Part shown: in pieces, positions 19,182 to 27,148 of the stretch
Numbering within the stretch: the first letter of the stretch is position 1
Layout of the letters: the number at the start of each line of letters is the position of its first letter
Assembly: GCA_035312185.1 (NCBI GenBank)
Contig: DATGCI010000137.1
Location: 2,557-34,556 of the forward strand
Length of the DNA: 32,000 nucleotides
Reading direction: 5' to 3'
Source of the DNA: a bacterium
GTDB taxonomy: Bacteria; Fidelibacterota; UBA2242; JAFGTP01
Notes under the pieces: model-generated
Databases searched by the model: none
The model's input: the letters and a program-made list of their open reading frames with translations, nothing else
What the model was told of the DNA's origin: nothing
Program-made: the position numbers and the translations under genes

Positions 19182-19757
19182 TTATAGTTCTGCTCGATAA
19201 TACTCAAATATATGTCCTGTATTTTTCCAGTTTTTAAATTTTTTAATGATTTGGGCATTTTTAGTAAAACTTTTAGAAACGCCTTCTCGAACATGGCCTG
19301 TGATATATTTGAAGCCCTTTTTCTTAATTGTGCTCTGGTAAACCCGCTTTAAAATTTTTGCATACCCTAATCCCTGCAGATTTTCGGAAATGATATAGGC
19401 ATAAGTATATATGGTATTTCCTTTTTGCAGGTTAATATCACATTTTGCCCAGGCCTCATCACTAAAATTCTCCAGAGGCACTCCGATTATGAATCCATTT
19501 ATATTGCCTTTATACCGTAATATAAAAGGAAGAGTGCGGGGATAATTGAAATATTTTTTGATGGTTCTTTTATTAAAACGGGCTTCTTCACCATATTCTT
19601 CAACAAGGGTCTTAGATATTTTTATGACATCTTTGTATTCATTTTCTCCGAGGAATTCTATAAGTTCTACCTGAATACCATCCGGAGATTTAGCCAGCAC
19701 CCGCGACCTGGTCTCCGATAGATTAATATTGAAAATTTCTGATGTAGATTTTAACAT
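19182..19757 (-). CDS. GNAT family N-acetyltransferase
   Basis: Motif A-like LQGLGYAKILKRV is present, and the size (191 aa) is typical of the family. Confidence 0.7.
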   Translation of the reverse strand: MLKSTSEIFNINLSETRSRVLAKSPDGIQVELIEFLGENEYKDVIKISKTLVEEYGEEARFNKRTIKKYFNYPRTLPFILRYKGNINGFIIGVPLENFSDEAWAKCDINLQKGNTIYTYAYIISENLQGLGYAKILKRVYQSTIKKKGFKYITGHVREGVSKSFTKNAQIIKKFKNWKNTGHIFEYYRAEL

Positions 19758-19859
19758 AACGTAAATATATTTTTTATCTGTCTATTTGAAGATACATCAG
19801 GTAATAACCTTTGCATTACCTGACCTTTTAAAAAATGACATATAATATAGGAGTTTTTA

Positions 19860-21359
19860 GTGGTTAAAGTAAAGGTTATTCCGCTCAATAAAACAATAAA
19901 AGTTAAAAAATCTACCAATCTGGGCAAAGCCCTTCAGGAACTAGGATTTGAATTGCCCTGCGGGGGTGAAGGTAGCTGTGGAAAATGCCGTGTAAAAATA
20001 ATTGACAGCGATTTACCCATCAATTCGGCTGATGGGAAATACATTTCATCGGAAGATATTGAGAAAGGCTGGCGCCTGGCCTGTCAGCATCATGTTGAGC
20101 AGGATTTAACAGTTGAAGTTGAACAGTGGGAAATCAAAATTGAAGAGAAGATTATGGACCAGTCAGCTGTTCAATATTCAGGAGAATATGGAATAGCTAT
20201 TGATGCAGGTTCCACCACAATCGCCGGACGTTTAATAGACCTTTCATCAGGGAATATATTAATGACCAAGGTCGCCTACAATTCCCAAAAAAAATATGGC
20301 GCCGATATCATGACCAGAATGAATTTCGCCAGCAAAGAAGGTGCAGAGAGACTACAAAAAGAGTTAAGAGAATCCATTTACAAAATTGTCAAAAGCATGG
20401 CAGTACAAACTAAATCTACCATATCTAAAATTAATATTGTCGGTAATACTTTCATTCATCATAGCTTTTGTGGCCTTGACCTAAAACCTTTGATGACCAT
20501 TCCTTATAAGGCTACCAGTTTGGATAAATATACTTTTCAATTATCAGAATTGAGCTGGTCATTAGACGGTCATCCTCAGGTAACTTTTCTACCCAATTTA
20601 GGCGGTTATGTGGGTAGCGATATCCTGGCTGGAATTCTTAGCACCGGTCTTTTTAAAAAAGACAAAATTTCTTTACTCATCGACATCGGGACGAATGGCG
20701 AAATTGTTCTTGGTAACCGGGAGCAAATCTATTTTGCCTCCACCGCTGCCGGTCCTGCTTTTGAAGGTGGCAAGATCAAAATGGGAATGCGCGCTGACAA
20801 AGGTGCTATAACTCATGCTCACTGTAAAGATGGAAAGATCATTGCCGATGTAAAAGATAATGCTACCCCTCGCGGCATTTGCGGTAGCGGTTTGCTCGAT
20901 GCTGTGGCCTGTGGACTCAAACTTGGTAAAATTGATCAATCAGGAAGAATCCAGGATGGAACCGATCAACTTGTAATTAAAGAGCCAGTCAAAATATTTC
21001 AACAGGACGTGCGTGAATTGCAATTGGCCAAAGGTGCCATAGCAGCCGGAGTGGAAGTTTTGCTCCAAAATGCCAGCCTCTCACTCGATCAAATTGACAA
21101 TCTCTACCTGGCCGGTGCTTTTGGTAATTATCTTAATATCGACAGTGCCATCATTCTAGGACTACTCAAACTCGAAAAAAACAAAATTCAGAGCGAGGGT
21201 AATACGGCATTAAGAGGAGCGGTTCTATCCCTCTTTCAGGAAAATTTCTCCCAAATAACATCAGTAGTTAAACACATAGAATTAAATTCAGTTGATGAAT
21301 TTCAAAATATTTTTATCCAGAATATGAGCTTTCCGGAAAATTATGAAAATCTGATCTAG
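19860..21359 (+). CDS. [2Fe-2S] ferredoxin domain fused to an ASKHA-fold ATPase (DUF4445/RACo-like, putative corrinoid reductive activase family)
   Basis: The N-terminus LPCGGEGSCGKCRVKI...ACQ shows the plant-type 2Fe-2S cysteine pattern. It is followed by IAIDAGSTTIAG and LIDIGTNGEIVLG phosphate-binding-like ASKHA motifs. The start is GTG, with GGAG upstream. Confidence 0.7.
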   Translation: MVKVKVIPLNKTIKVKKSTNLGKALQELGFELPCGGEGSCGKCRVKIIDSDLPINSADGKYISSEDIEKGWRLACQHHVEQDLTVEVEQWEIKIEEKIMDQSAVQYSGEYGIAIDAGSTTIAGRLIDLSSGNILMTKVAYNSQKKYGADIMTRMNFASKEGAERLQKELRESIYKIVKSMAVQTKSTISKINIVGNTFIHHSFCGLDLKPLMTIPYKATSLDKYTFQLSELSWSLDGHPQVTFLPNLGGYVGSDILAGILSTGLFKKDKISLLIDIGTNGEIVLGNREQIYFASTAAGPAFEGGKIKMGMRADKGAITHAHCKDGKIIADVKDNATPRGICGSGLLDAVACGLKLGKIDQSGRIQDGTDQLVIKEPVKIFQQDVRELQLAKGAIAAGVEVLLQNASLSLDQIDNLYLAGAFGNYLNIDSAIILGLLKLEKNKIQSEGNTALRGAVLSLFQENFSQITSVVKHIELNSVDEFQNIFIQNMSFPENYENLI

Positions 21360-21394
21360 TTTTTGGGATAATGGTAAAAAAACTGGTTCTACGA

Positions 21395-21418
21395 GCTCAA
21401 CCATCTGAGCATTTTTTT
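21395..21418 (+). terminator. Weak intrinsic terminator after the ASKHA gene
   Basis: A 5-bp stem gctca(aaccatc)tgagc is followed by aTTTTTTT. The stem is short. Confidence 0.3.
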
Positions 21419-21600
21419 GAATTTGGCACCTGCCGTATCATATTTTTCAAATTTATACCGATTTGTAAAAGTTTTACCTGGTTTTGTTTTTATGAGAACT
21501 GCTGAAATATTTATGGTTGAAATTGTTTTGATAATTAATGCAATCTAGTTTAAACCAAAAATTATTATGAGATTTTATCTACTTAATTGCAACAAGTTAG

Positions 21601-21780
21601 AACCACGAATGTGGTTCAATGTGAGTAACTCCGGGTAGGACCCGGAGCATAAACGTAATCCTTCTTAGCTAATCCCTCCTGTGCTTCGCCTGGGAAGGAT
21701 TGCCGGGTAATTCCTTTCTACCGATTCCATCGGCAGTTACTAATATTGAACTCTTCCAGAGTTCTTATTTATCTTTTTTC
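21601..21780 (+). ncRNA. Candidate structured RNA of unknown class (stand-alone sRNA or cis-regulatory leader), ending in its own terminator
   Basis: A GC-richer island sits in very AT-rich spacer. A long-range helix pairs 21614-21630 with 21735-21751 (16 of 17 positions, including one G-U and one G-A mismatch). It encloses hairpins ccggg/cccgg (21631-35:21641-45), aatccttc/gaaggatt (21657-64:21694-701) and ccgat/atcgg (21721-25:21729-33). A 5' hairpin aaccac-gaat-gtggtt lies at 21601-16. Duplicated strands (CCGGGTA x2, TAATCC x2) offer alternative pairings. Confidence 0.45.
21748..21780 (+). terminator. Intrinsic terminator-like hairpin plus interrupted U-tract at the 3' end of the RNA candidate
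   Basis: The hairpin gaactct-tcc-agagttc (7 bp) is followed by ttatttatcttttttc. Its 5' arm overlaps the 3' strand of the long-range helix by 4 nt. Confidence 0.4.
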
Positions 21781-21922
21781 CCAATTATACAACAATTTTC
21801 ATCATAGAAATTTAATCTCGATTATAAATATATCCTTATCCAATATAATAGGAGTGCAAGTTAAAAAAAACTGTGTTTCTATTTTTTAATATAAAGTAAC
21901 ACTTATCTTATTTTAACTATTT

Positions 21923-21960
21923 AAAGGGTGTTTAAAGACCTTTTAAAAAGGTGTTAAAAA
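21923..21960. repeat. Direct repeat AAAGGGTGTTTAAAG / AAAAGGTGTTAAAAA, starts 23 bp apart
   Basis: Read directly from the sequence. It lies about 270-300 bp upstream of the sigma-54-like element, so it is a possible activator binding site. Confidence 0.25.
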
Positions 21961-22100
21961 TTTTTTCAATATTTAATTATTTTGATTTAATACTTTTAAT
22001 CCAATTTTTTTATGTTTAATAAATTCAATTGTATTTAAATTACTATTATTTTGCGATATACCTCTCCTAATAATGCTAATTTTGCAAAACATTTTGATTT

Positions 22101-22113
22101 GGAAATAATTTCC
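22101..22113. promoter_or_regulatory. Palindrome GGAAAT-A-ATTTCC (possible upstream activator site)
   Basis: 6+6 perfect arms, about 115-125 bp upstream of the sigma-54-like element. A TTTATCAGG direct repeat lies nearby at 22130-22138 and 22168-22176. Confidence 0.2.
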
Positions 22114-22225
22114 TAGAGTCATGAAAAAATTTATCAGGAAGTCTATTATTTGATAATAATTCTATTTTTTATCAGGTCTTCTTTGTATAGGGAGATCTAC
22201 TTTTTTTAGCATAATTCTTCAATTT

Positions 22226-22240
22226 TGGCATATTAATTGA
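22226..22240 (+). promoter_or_regulatory. Sigma-54-like -24/-12 element TGGCAT-N5-TTGA upstream of flgB
   Basis: The spacing matches TGGCAC-N5-TTGC exactly. The -24 GG is present, but -12 reads GA instead of GC. No TAnnTTTG box is present here, unlike at the housekeeping genes. Confidence 0.3.
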
Positions 22241-22261
22241 CACCTATAATATAGGAAAAAA

Positions 22262-22651
22262 ATGAGGACTTGTATGAAATTTGACATTTTTAACACCAAC
22301 AAATCGGATCTGCTCAAGAACGGGCTCAATGTTTATACAAAGCAAGTTCGTAATAATGCCAAAAATATCGCTAATATTGACAATCCTACTTATAATCGAG
22401 CGAAAACGGATTTCTCTGATGAATTAGTGGCTGCCAAAGAAAAAGCCCGTCTAAAAGCCACCAATAATAAGCATATTCTAAAACCACATTACCAGCCCAA
22501 AATGGGAATAAAAGAAAGAAGCAAAAAAGAGGTCGATCTGAATAAGGAAATGAGCCAGCTGGCCGAAAATCAAATTCGATACAACTTTGCTTCCCGGGTA
22601 TTAAGAAAACATTATGCTGGTCTCAAGAAAAGTATCAGTGGTAGAATTTAA
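22262..22651 (+). CDS. flgB: Flagellar basal-body rod protein FlgB
   Basis: The stretch VRNNAKNIANIDNPTYNRAKTDF carries the rod-protein N-terminal signature (ANNIAN...T.GY-like). C-terminal heptads read LAENQIRYNFASRVL. An alternative start at 22274 (MKFDIF) has GAGGA 5 nt upstream. Confidence 0.9.
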   Translation: MRTCMKFDIFNTNKSDLLKNGLNVYTKQVRNNAKNIANIDNPTYNRAKTDFSDELVAAKEKARLKATNNKHILKPHYQPKMGIKERSKKEVDLNKEMSQLAENQIRYNFASRVLRKHYAGLKKSISGRI

Positions 22652-22662
22652 GGAGAAAATTC

Positions 22663-23157
22663 ATGAGTAATGATGGAATGTTCACAATTTTTCGCGTAAG
22701 CCAGAGTGGTTTGAATCGACAGATGAAAAAACTGGAAGTTACTGCTGAAAATATTGCCAATGCTGATAAAACAGCCGGGCCAAATGGAGATGTTTACAAT
22801 AAAAAAGTTGTAATTGATAAAACAATTAAAGCTGACCCGCCTTCCCAATTTGGTAGCCAACTCAACCTGCAAATGAAAAAAATGGGAAGCCGCCATCTGG
22901 ATCATGGCAGTAATAATAAATCACGCTTGCGAAACAAACAGAATCCAAATGAATCTCAAATCCGTGAAATTCAAAAGCCGAAATTAGTTTACAATCCCGA
23001 TCATCCTCTGGCCGGTCAGGATGGCTATGTTCGAGTATCAAATGTAAATATGGTCGAGGAGATGGTAGATATGATGTCAGCTTCAAGAGCTTATGACGCC
23101 AATTTGAGTGCAATTGAAGCTGCCAAGAATCTAGCTGAAAAAGCATTGAACATTTAA
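22663..23157 (+). CDS. flgC: Flagellar basal-body rod protein FlgC
   Basis: The N-terminus reads SGLNRQMKKLEVTAENIANADKT. The C-terminus reads YVRVSNVNMVEEMVDMMSASRAYDANLSAIEAAKNLAEKAL. A low-complexity insertion of about 50 aa lies mid-protein. Confidence 0.93.
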   Translation: MSNDGMFTIFRVSQSGLNRQMKKLEVTAENIANADKTAGPNGDVYNKKVVIDKTIKADPPSQFGSQLNLQMKKMGSRHLDHGSNNKSRLRNKQNPNESQIREIQKPKLVYNPDHPLAGQDGYVRVSNVNMVEEMVDMMSASRAYDANLSAIEAAKNLAEKALNI

Positions 23158-23163
23158 AGCTGA

Positions 23164-23457
23164 GTGGAGCATATGTCAGATTTAAATTCCATTAAAGCCA
23201 ATAATCTTTACAATAAAATATATAGTAGGCAAAGTGCCTATTCTGAAAACCAGAAGACTCAGAAAAGCACGCAAGATCCTCAACAATTATCCCAAAAAGA
23301 GGATCAGAAAGTAAAAAATGACGAGTTTCTGTCCAATTCTGAAATCAATACTTTGCATATGTTTTTTGGTTCTGACAAACCTGAGGAAATGCAATTTTAT
23401 GGAAATAATAAGGTCAAAAGTATCCACAAAGGCCAATTTTTAGATCTGAAAGGATAA
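23164..23457 (+). CDS. Small Q/K-rich hypothetical protein inserted between flgC and fliE
   Basis: 94-97 aa (GTG at 23164 or ATG at 23173). It is tightly packed, 6 bp after the flgC stop and 2 bp before the fliE start. It has no TM segment. There is only a faint FlgM-like flavour (NLYNKIY near the N-terminus, KVKSIHKGQF near the C-terminus). Confidence 0.6.
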   Translation: MEHMSDLNSIKANNLYNKIYSRQSAYSENQKTQKSTQDPQQLSQKEDQKVKNDEFLSNSEINTLHMFFGSDKPEEMQFYGNNKVKSIHKGQFLDLKG

Positions 23458-23459
23458 TT

Positions 23460-23771
23460 ATGACTAAAATAAGTGATCTTATCCAGTCGAGACCAGTCCA
23501 TTCGATAGAAGAACACAATAAGACCGAGACCAATCAGGAAGAAAAGAGCGATATTAATTTTTCCGATACGATCAAAGATTTCCTTGACGCTGTCAATGAT
23601 GATAGTAAAGAGGCTGAAAAGGCAGTCCATGATGTAATTACTCACAAGTCCGACAATATCGCTGAAGCCATGACCAAGTTAGAGGAAGCCAATCTCAGCT
23701 TTAGCCTAATGCTCAAAATTCGTAACAAAGTTCTCGATGCCTACAATGAAATCAAGGATATACCGGTCTAA
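23460..23771 (+). CDS. fliE: Flagellar hook-basal body complex protein FliE
   Basis: The C-terminal half AEAMTKLEEANLSFSLMLKIRNKVLDAYNEIKDIPV matches the FliE signature (..A.lslq....vRNK...AY.EI..m). The size is 103 aa. Confidence 0.88.
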   Translation: MTKISDLIQSRPVHSIEEHNKTETNQEEKSDINFSDTIKDFLDAVNDDSKEAEKAVHDVITHKSDNIAEAMTKLEEANLSFSLMLKIRNKVLDAYNEIKDIPV

Positions 23772-23794
23772 ATTAAAATCTGGAGTTATGGAAT

Positions 23795-25369
23795 ATGGAA
23801 CAAATTTTTACTCAAATTGCACAATTATTCAAAAAATATAGTCCAGGCCAGCGCATTTTGATCGTAATGGTCTTTGTTGGAATAGTTTCCGCTATTATTG
23901 CCCTTTTGCTGTGGGCTAATCGTCCTGAATATGAACTATTGCATTCAGAATTGCCTCCCAACAAGGCTTCCAAGATCGTCAATGAATTGCGGGATAAAAA
24001 TATAAAATATAAGATTCAAGATAATGGTACAACAATAAAGGTTCCCCGAGAAAATGTAGATGAGTTAAGGCTTGAATTTGCAGAAAAAGGTTATTTAGGT
24101 GAAGATATCAAAGGTTATAAAGTTTTCGACGAATCCAAAATTGGAATGACCACTTTTATGCAGCGTTTGAATATGAAACGGGCTCTAGAAGGAGAACTTT
24201 CTAAAACCATTGATAAATTTGCTGAGGTCAAAAGCTCGCGCGTCCATCTAGTCATGCCCAAAGAAAAATTGTTCGAAGAAAAAGCCCGGGGCAAAGCATC
24301 AGTTGTACTCTACCTTAATAATGGTAATTATTTAAACGATAACCAGGTCAAAGGTATTGCTTCCCTGGTTGCTAATAGTGTAGAAGGTATTCAATCCAGT
24401 GATGTCGCTGTTCTGGATTCAGATGGTAATCTACTTTCCGGCAGTAAAGAAGATGAAAACGATGTTCTCTCAGCTTCCGGCAATCAATGGAATCTGCGCC
24501 ATCAGGTCGAGCAAAAATTGCGCAACAAAGTCTCCGGTTTAGTTGAGGGCGTTGTAGGTCAGGGCAATGCTAAAGTCCAGGTCTCAGCCGAACTCAACAT
24601 GGAAAAACTAGAGGAGACAATAGAAAAAGTTGATCCAGAAAATCTGGCAGTGGTCAGTGAGGAGCGTCAGATTGAATCTCAGACCAGCATGGATACCTTA
24701 AACAACACAAATCAAAAGCACTCCAGTGAAAATGTTATTACAAATTACGAAACAAATAAAACAGTCCGGCATCATGTTCATAGCACAGGCGATATCAAAA
24801 GACTCAGCGTGGCTGTTCTGGTTGATGGAACCTATCAGGATAATAGTGATGAGGGCCAGCAATATGTTCCTCGTAATCAACAGGAAATTAATCAAATAAC
24901 TCAGCTCGTCAAAGGCGCAGTTGGCTTTGATCCAGAGCGAGGCGATGTTGTTGAAGTTAAAAATCTTCAATTCAGCCGAACCCAGTTACAACAGGATCGA
25001 GAATATTTTAAAGAGCAAGAACGTCAAAATCTGATCAGCAATATAATTAATAAGGGTTTAATTGTAGTTGGTATTCTTGTGGCCTTTTTCCTGATTCGAA
25101 GTATGATCAAGCGCTCTCCCGATATACTCGAAATTTCTGCATCTTCTGAAACAGCTGCCCTAAAGGCTGGTGATGAGAAATATCTAGCGGCAGAATCGGA
25201 AGAGGAGGATGATGATATTGACGAAGATCAATTCATTAAAAAACTGACTCCTGAAGCCCGGGCCAAATTAAAGGCTAAACGCAAAATGCTCGATTCTGTT
25301 GAAGGATTTGTTGAAGAAAAACCAGAAGAAGCAGCCCAGATGTTACGGACCTGGATCCATGATACTTAA
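23795..25369 (+). CDS. fliF: Flagellar M-ring protein FliF
   Basis: 524 aa with N- and C-terminal TM segments flanking a periplasmic ring-building region (RALEGELSKTI...). The acidic C-terminal tail could bind FliG. Confidence 0.93.
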   Translation: MEQIFTQIAQLFKKYSPGQRILIVMVFVGIVSAIIALLLWANRPEYELLHSELPPNKASKIVNELRDKNIKYKIQDNGTTIKVPRENVDELRLEFAEKGYLGEDIKGYKVFDESKIGMTTFMQRLNMKRALEGELSKTIDKFAEVKSSRVHLVMPKEKLFEEKARGKASVVLYLNNGNYLNDNQVKGIASLVANSVEGIQSSDVAVLDSDGNLLSGSKEDENDVLSASGNQWNLRHQVEQKLRNKVSGLVEGVVGQGNAKVQVSAELNMEKLEETIEKVDPENLAVVSEERQIESQTSMDTLNNTNQKHSSENVITNYETNKTVRHHVHSTGDIKRLSVAVLVDGTYQDNSDEGQQYVPRNQQEINQITQLVKGAVGFDPERGDVVEVKNLQFSRTQLQQDREYFKEQERQNLISNIINKGLIVVGILVAFFLIRSMIKRSPDILEISASSETAALKAGDEKYLAAESEEEDDDIDEDQFIKKLTPEARAKLKAKRKMLDSVEGFVEEKPEEAAQMLRTWIHDT

Positions 25370-25391
25370 ATCAAGATAATTAGAGAGTAAT

Positions 25392-26474
25392 ATGAATGAA
25401 GAAGCAACACCTGAATTAAATCCAGCTCCTGAAGAAACTCCATCTGAAAATCAGGAGAGTACGCAACAAAAACCGAAAAATAATTTATCCGGAGTTGAAA
25501 AGGCGGCCCTATTATTAATATCAGTTGGCGAAACAAAGGCCGCTGAGATCATGAAACATCTGGATGAGAAGGAACTAGAGGAGATCGCTGTAGAAATTGC
25601 CAAAAAGAATGAAGTAAAAGGCAATGAGATTGGCTCTACAGTCGAAGAGTTCTTCCAATCAATGCAAGCCAAGGACTATATTTCCAAAGGTGGCCTGGAC
25701 TATGCAAAAAAGGCTTTGGAAGAAGCCTGGGGACATAAAAAAGCAGAAGAAATTATTCAGAAAGCAGAAGCAGCCACCAAAGTCAGCGCTTTTTATCTTC
25801 TTCAAACTGTTGATGACAAACAGTTACAAAATTTTCTACAAAATGAGCACCCCCAAACAGTCGCCCTCATTCTGGCCAATATCAATCCGAAGAAGGCTGC
25901 TACAATCTTATCTGAACTTCCTGAAGATCAGCAAACAGAAATTTCCTACCGTCTGGCAACCATGGAAAAAACATCCCCCGAATTGATTAATGATATTGAA
26001 TCAGCATTGAGAGAACAAATGGGCTCAGTATTTGGTCAGGAAGTCAGTAAAATGGGTGGCTCAGAAGCAGTTGCTGAAATACTTAATTCCGCCTCCCGAT
26101 CAGCAGAAAAAACAATTTTATCGGACATTAAAGAAAAAGATCCCAAACTGGCCGAAGATATCAAAAGTAATATGTTCCTCTTTGAAGATATTGAAAAACT
26201 TGCCGATTCTGCCGTCCAAAGGATTAACAAAGAAACTGACTCCCAATCCATTGCTCTTGCACTCAAGGGTGCTACTCCATCTTTAAAGAAAAAATTCCTC
26301 AAAAATATGTCCAAACGTGCTGCTGATATGCTTGAAGACGAATTACAATATCTTGGGCCCGTTCGAGTAAGAGAAGTCGAAAATGCCCAAAAAGGCATCA
26401 TCGATGTCATACGAAATCTAGAAGAATCAGGAGAGATAAGACTTAATCGCGAAGACGAAGAGATCATAGAATGA
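25392..26474 (+). CDS. fliG: Flagellar motor switch protein FliG
   Basis: LSGVEKAALLLISVGETKAAEIMKHLDEKELEEIAVEIAK is followed by armadillo-like repeats. The C-terminal torque-helix region reads MSKRAADMLEDELQYLGPVRVREVENAQ. An N-terminal extension of about 30 aa is rich in acidic residues and proline. Confidence 0.95.
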   Translation: MNEEATPELNPAPEETPSENQESTQQKPKNNLSGVEKAALLLISVGETKAAEIMKHLDEKELEEIAVEIAKKNEVKGNEIGSTVEEFFQSMQAKDYISKGGLDYAKKALEEAWGHKKAEEIIQKAEAATKVSAFYLLQTVDDKQLQNFLQNEHPQTVALILANINPKKAATILSELPEDQQTEISYRLATMEKTSPELINDIESALREQMGSVFGQEVSKMGGSEAVAEILNSASRSAEKTILSDIKEKDPKLAEDIKSNMFLFEDIEKLADSAVQRINKETDSQSIALALKGATPSLKKKFLKNMSKRAADMLEDELQYLGPVRVREVENAQKGIIDVIRNLEESGEIRLNREDEEIIE

Positions 26475-27148
26475 AAACCCTCAAATTAAACCTTGAAGAT
26501 CCTGTCACAAATCTAACCTCAGAACAGGAATCAGATCCTTCATCGCAAACTAGCGGAGATTCAGCAAATCGACCCAGGACAGCAGCGGAATACGAACAGG
26601 AAATCGAGCAATTGCAAAATCAGATCAAAATGATGGAAGAATCTCTCCAAAATGCCCGTGAAGAGACCTTTCAAGCTGGTGTAGAAGAAGGCAAAGAGCA
26701 GTCTCAGGTCGAGTTTAAAAAACTTGAAAAAAATTATCGCCAAAAATACAAAAATATGTTTGAATCTCTGGAAAAAAAACTTGATGATACTCTGCACAAT
26801 ATGACTGAGCCTATTTTAGAATTGGCTTATACAATTGCTAAAAAAGTCATTGAGCGAGAATTAGAGCACAAAGACGATTACAAACAATATTTAGAAAAAA
26901 TGATCAACAAATATATAACCGAATTTATAGATCAGGGCGAATTAACAATCCATATTCCATCTGAAAAAATACCAGATATATCGATTGAAAAATTGAATAG
27001 CGAACTTACTTCCCAGAGTAAAGTTCATCTCATTGAGAACACTGAATTAGAGCCGGCTGACTGTATTCTGGAGACACATGACTTAAAAATTGACGCCCGA
27101 ATCAACAGGCAATTAGAAAACCTACAAACCCAAAATGATAATATATAA
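26471..27148 (+). CDS. fliH: Flagellar export apparatus protein FliH
   Basis: 225 aa. A coiled-coil N-terminal half is followed by the FliH/V-type E-subunit-like C-terminal region (ILELAYTIAKKVIEREL...). It overlaps fliG by 4 nt and fliI by 1 nt. Confidence 0.75.
   Translation: MKTLKLNLEDPVTNLTSEQESDPSSQTSGDSANRPRTAAEYEQEIEQLQNQIKMMEESLQNAREETFQAGVEEGKEQSQVEFKKLEKNYRQKYKNMFESLEKKLDDTLHNMTEPILELAYTIAKKVIERELEHKDDYKQYLEKMINKYITEFIDQGELTIHIPSEKIPDISIEKLNSELTSQSKVHLIENTELEPADCILETHDLKIDARINRQLENLQTQNDNI

Noticed and set aside
21424-21441. TGGCAC-N5-GTATC as a sigma-54 promoter
   Set aside because: The -24 half is perfect, but the -12 half has no TTGC or GC at the required spacing. No gene follows within a reasonable distance.
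21601-21780. Tried to assign the structured RNA to known classes: c-di-GMP-I/II, cobalamin, ZTP, guanidine, SRP RNA, 6S, RNase P, tmRNA and tRNA
   Set aside because: None of the signature sequences I recall is present. Examples are GCAAAGC/ACGCACA for GEMM, the B12 box, the GGAAGCAGCC SRP motif and the GAAAGTCCGGGC RNase P motif. Partial look-alikes such as CGCCTGGGAAGG are too short. It is left unclassified.
22237-22250. TTGACA and TATAAT hexamers just upstream of flgB as a sigma-70 promoter
   Set aside because: The two perfect hexamers are only 2 nt apart instead of about 17, so they cannot act together. No acceptable -35 lies 17 nt upstream of the TATAAT.
25451-26467. Listed alternative-frame and antisense ORFs within fliG (25451..25672-, 25624..25986+, 26032..26286+, 26036..26467-)
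   Set aside because: They overlap a high-confidence fliG frame, and their translations are low-complexity or serine-rich without motifs. They are shadow ORFs.
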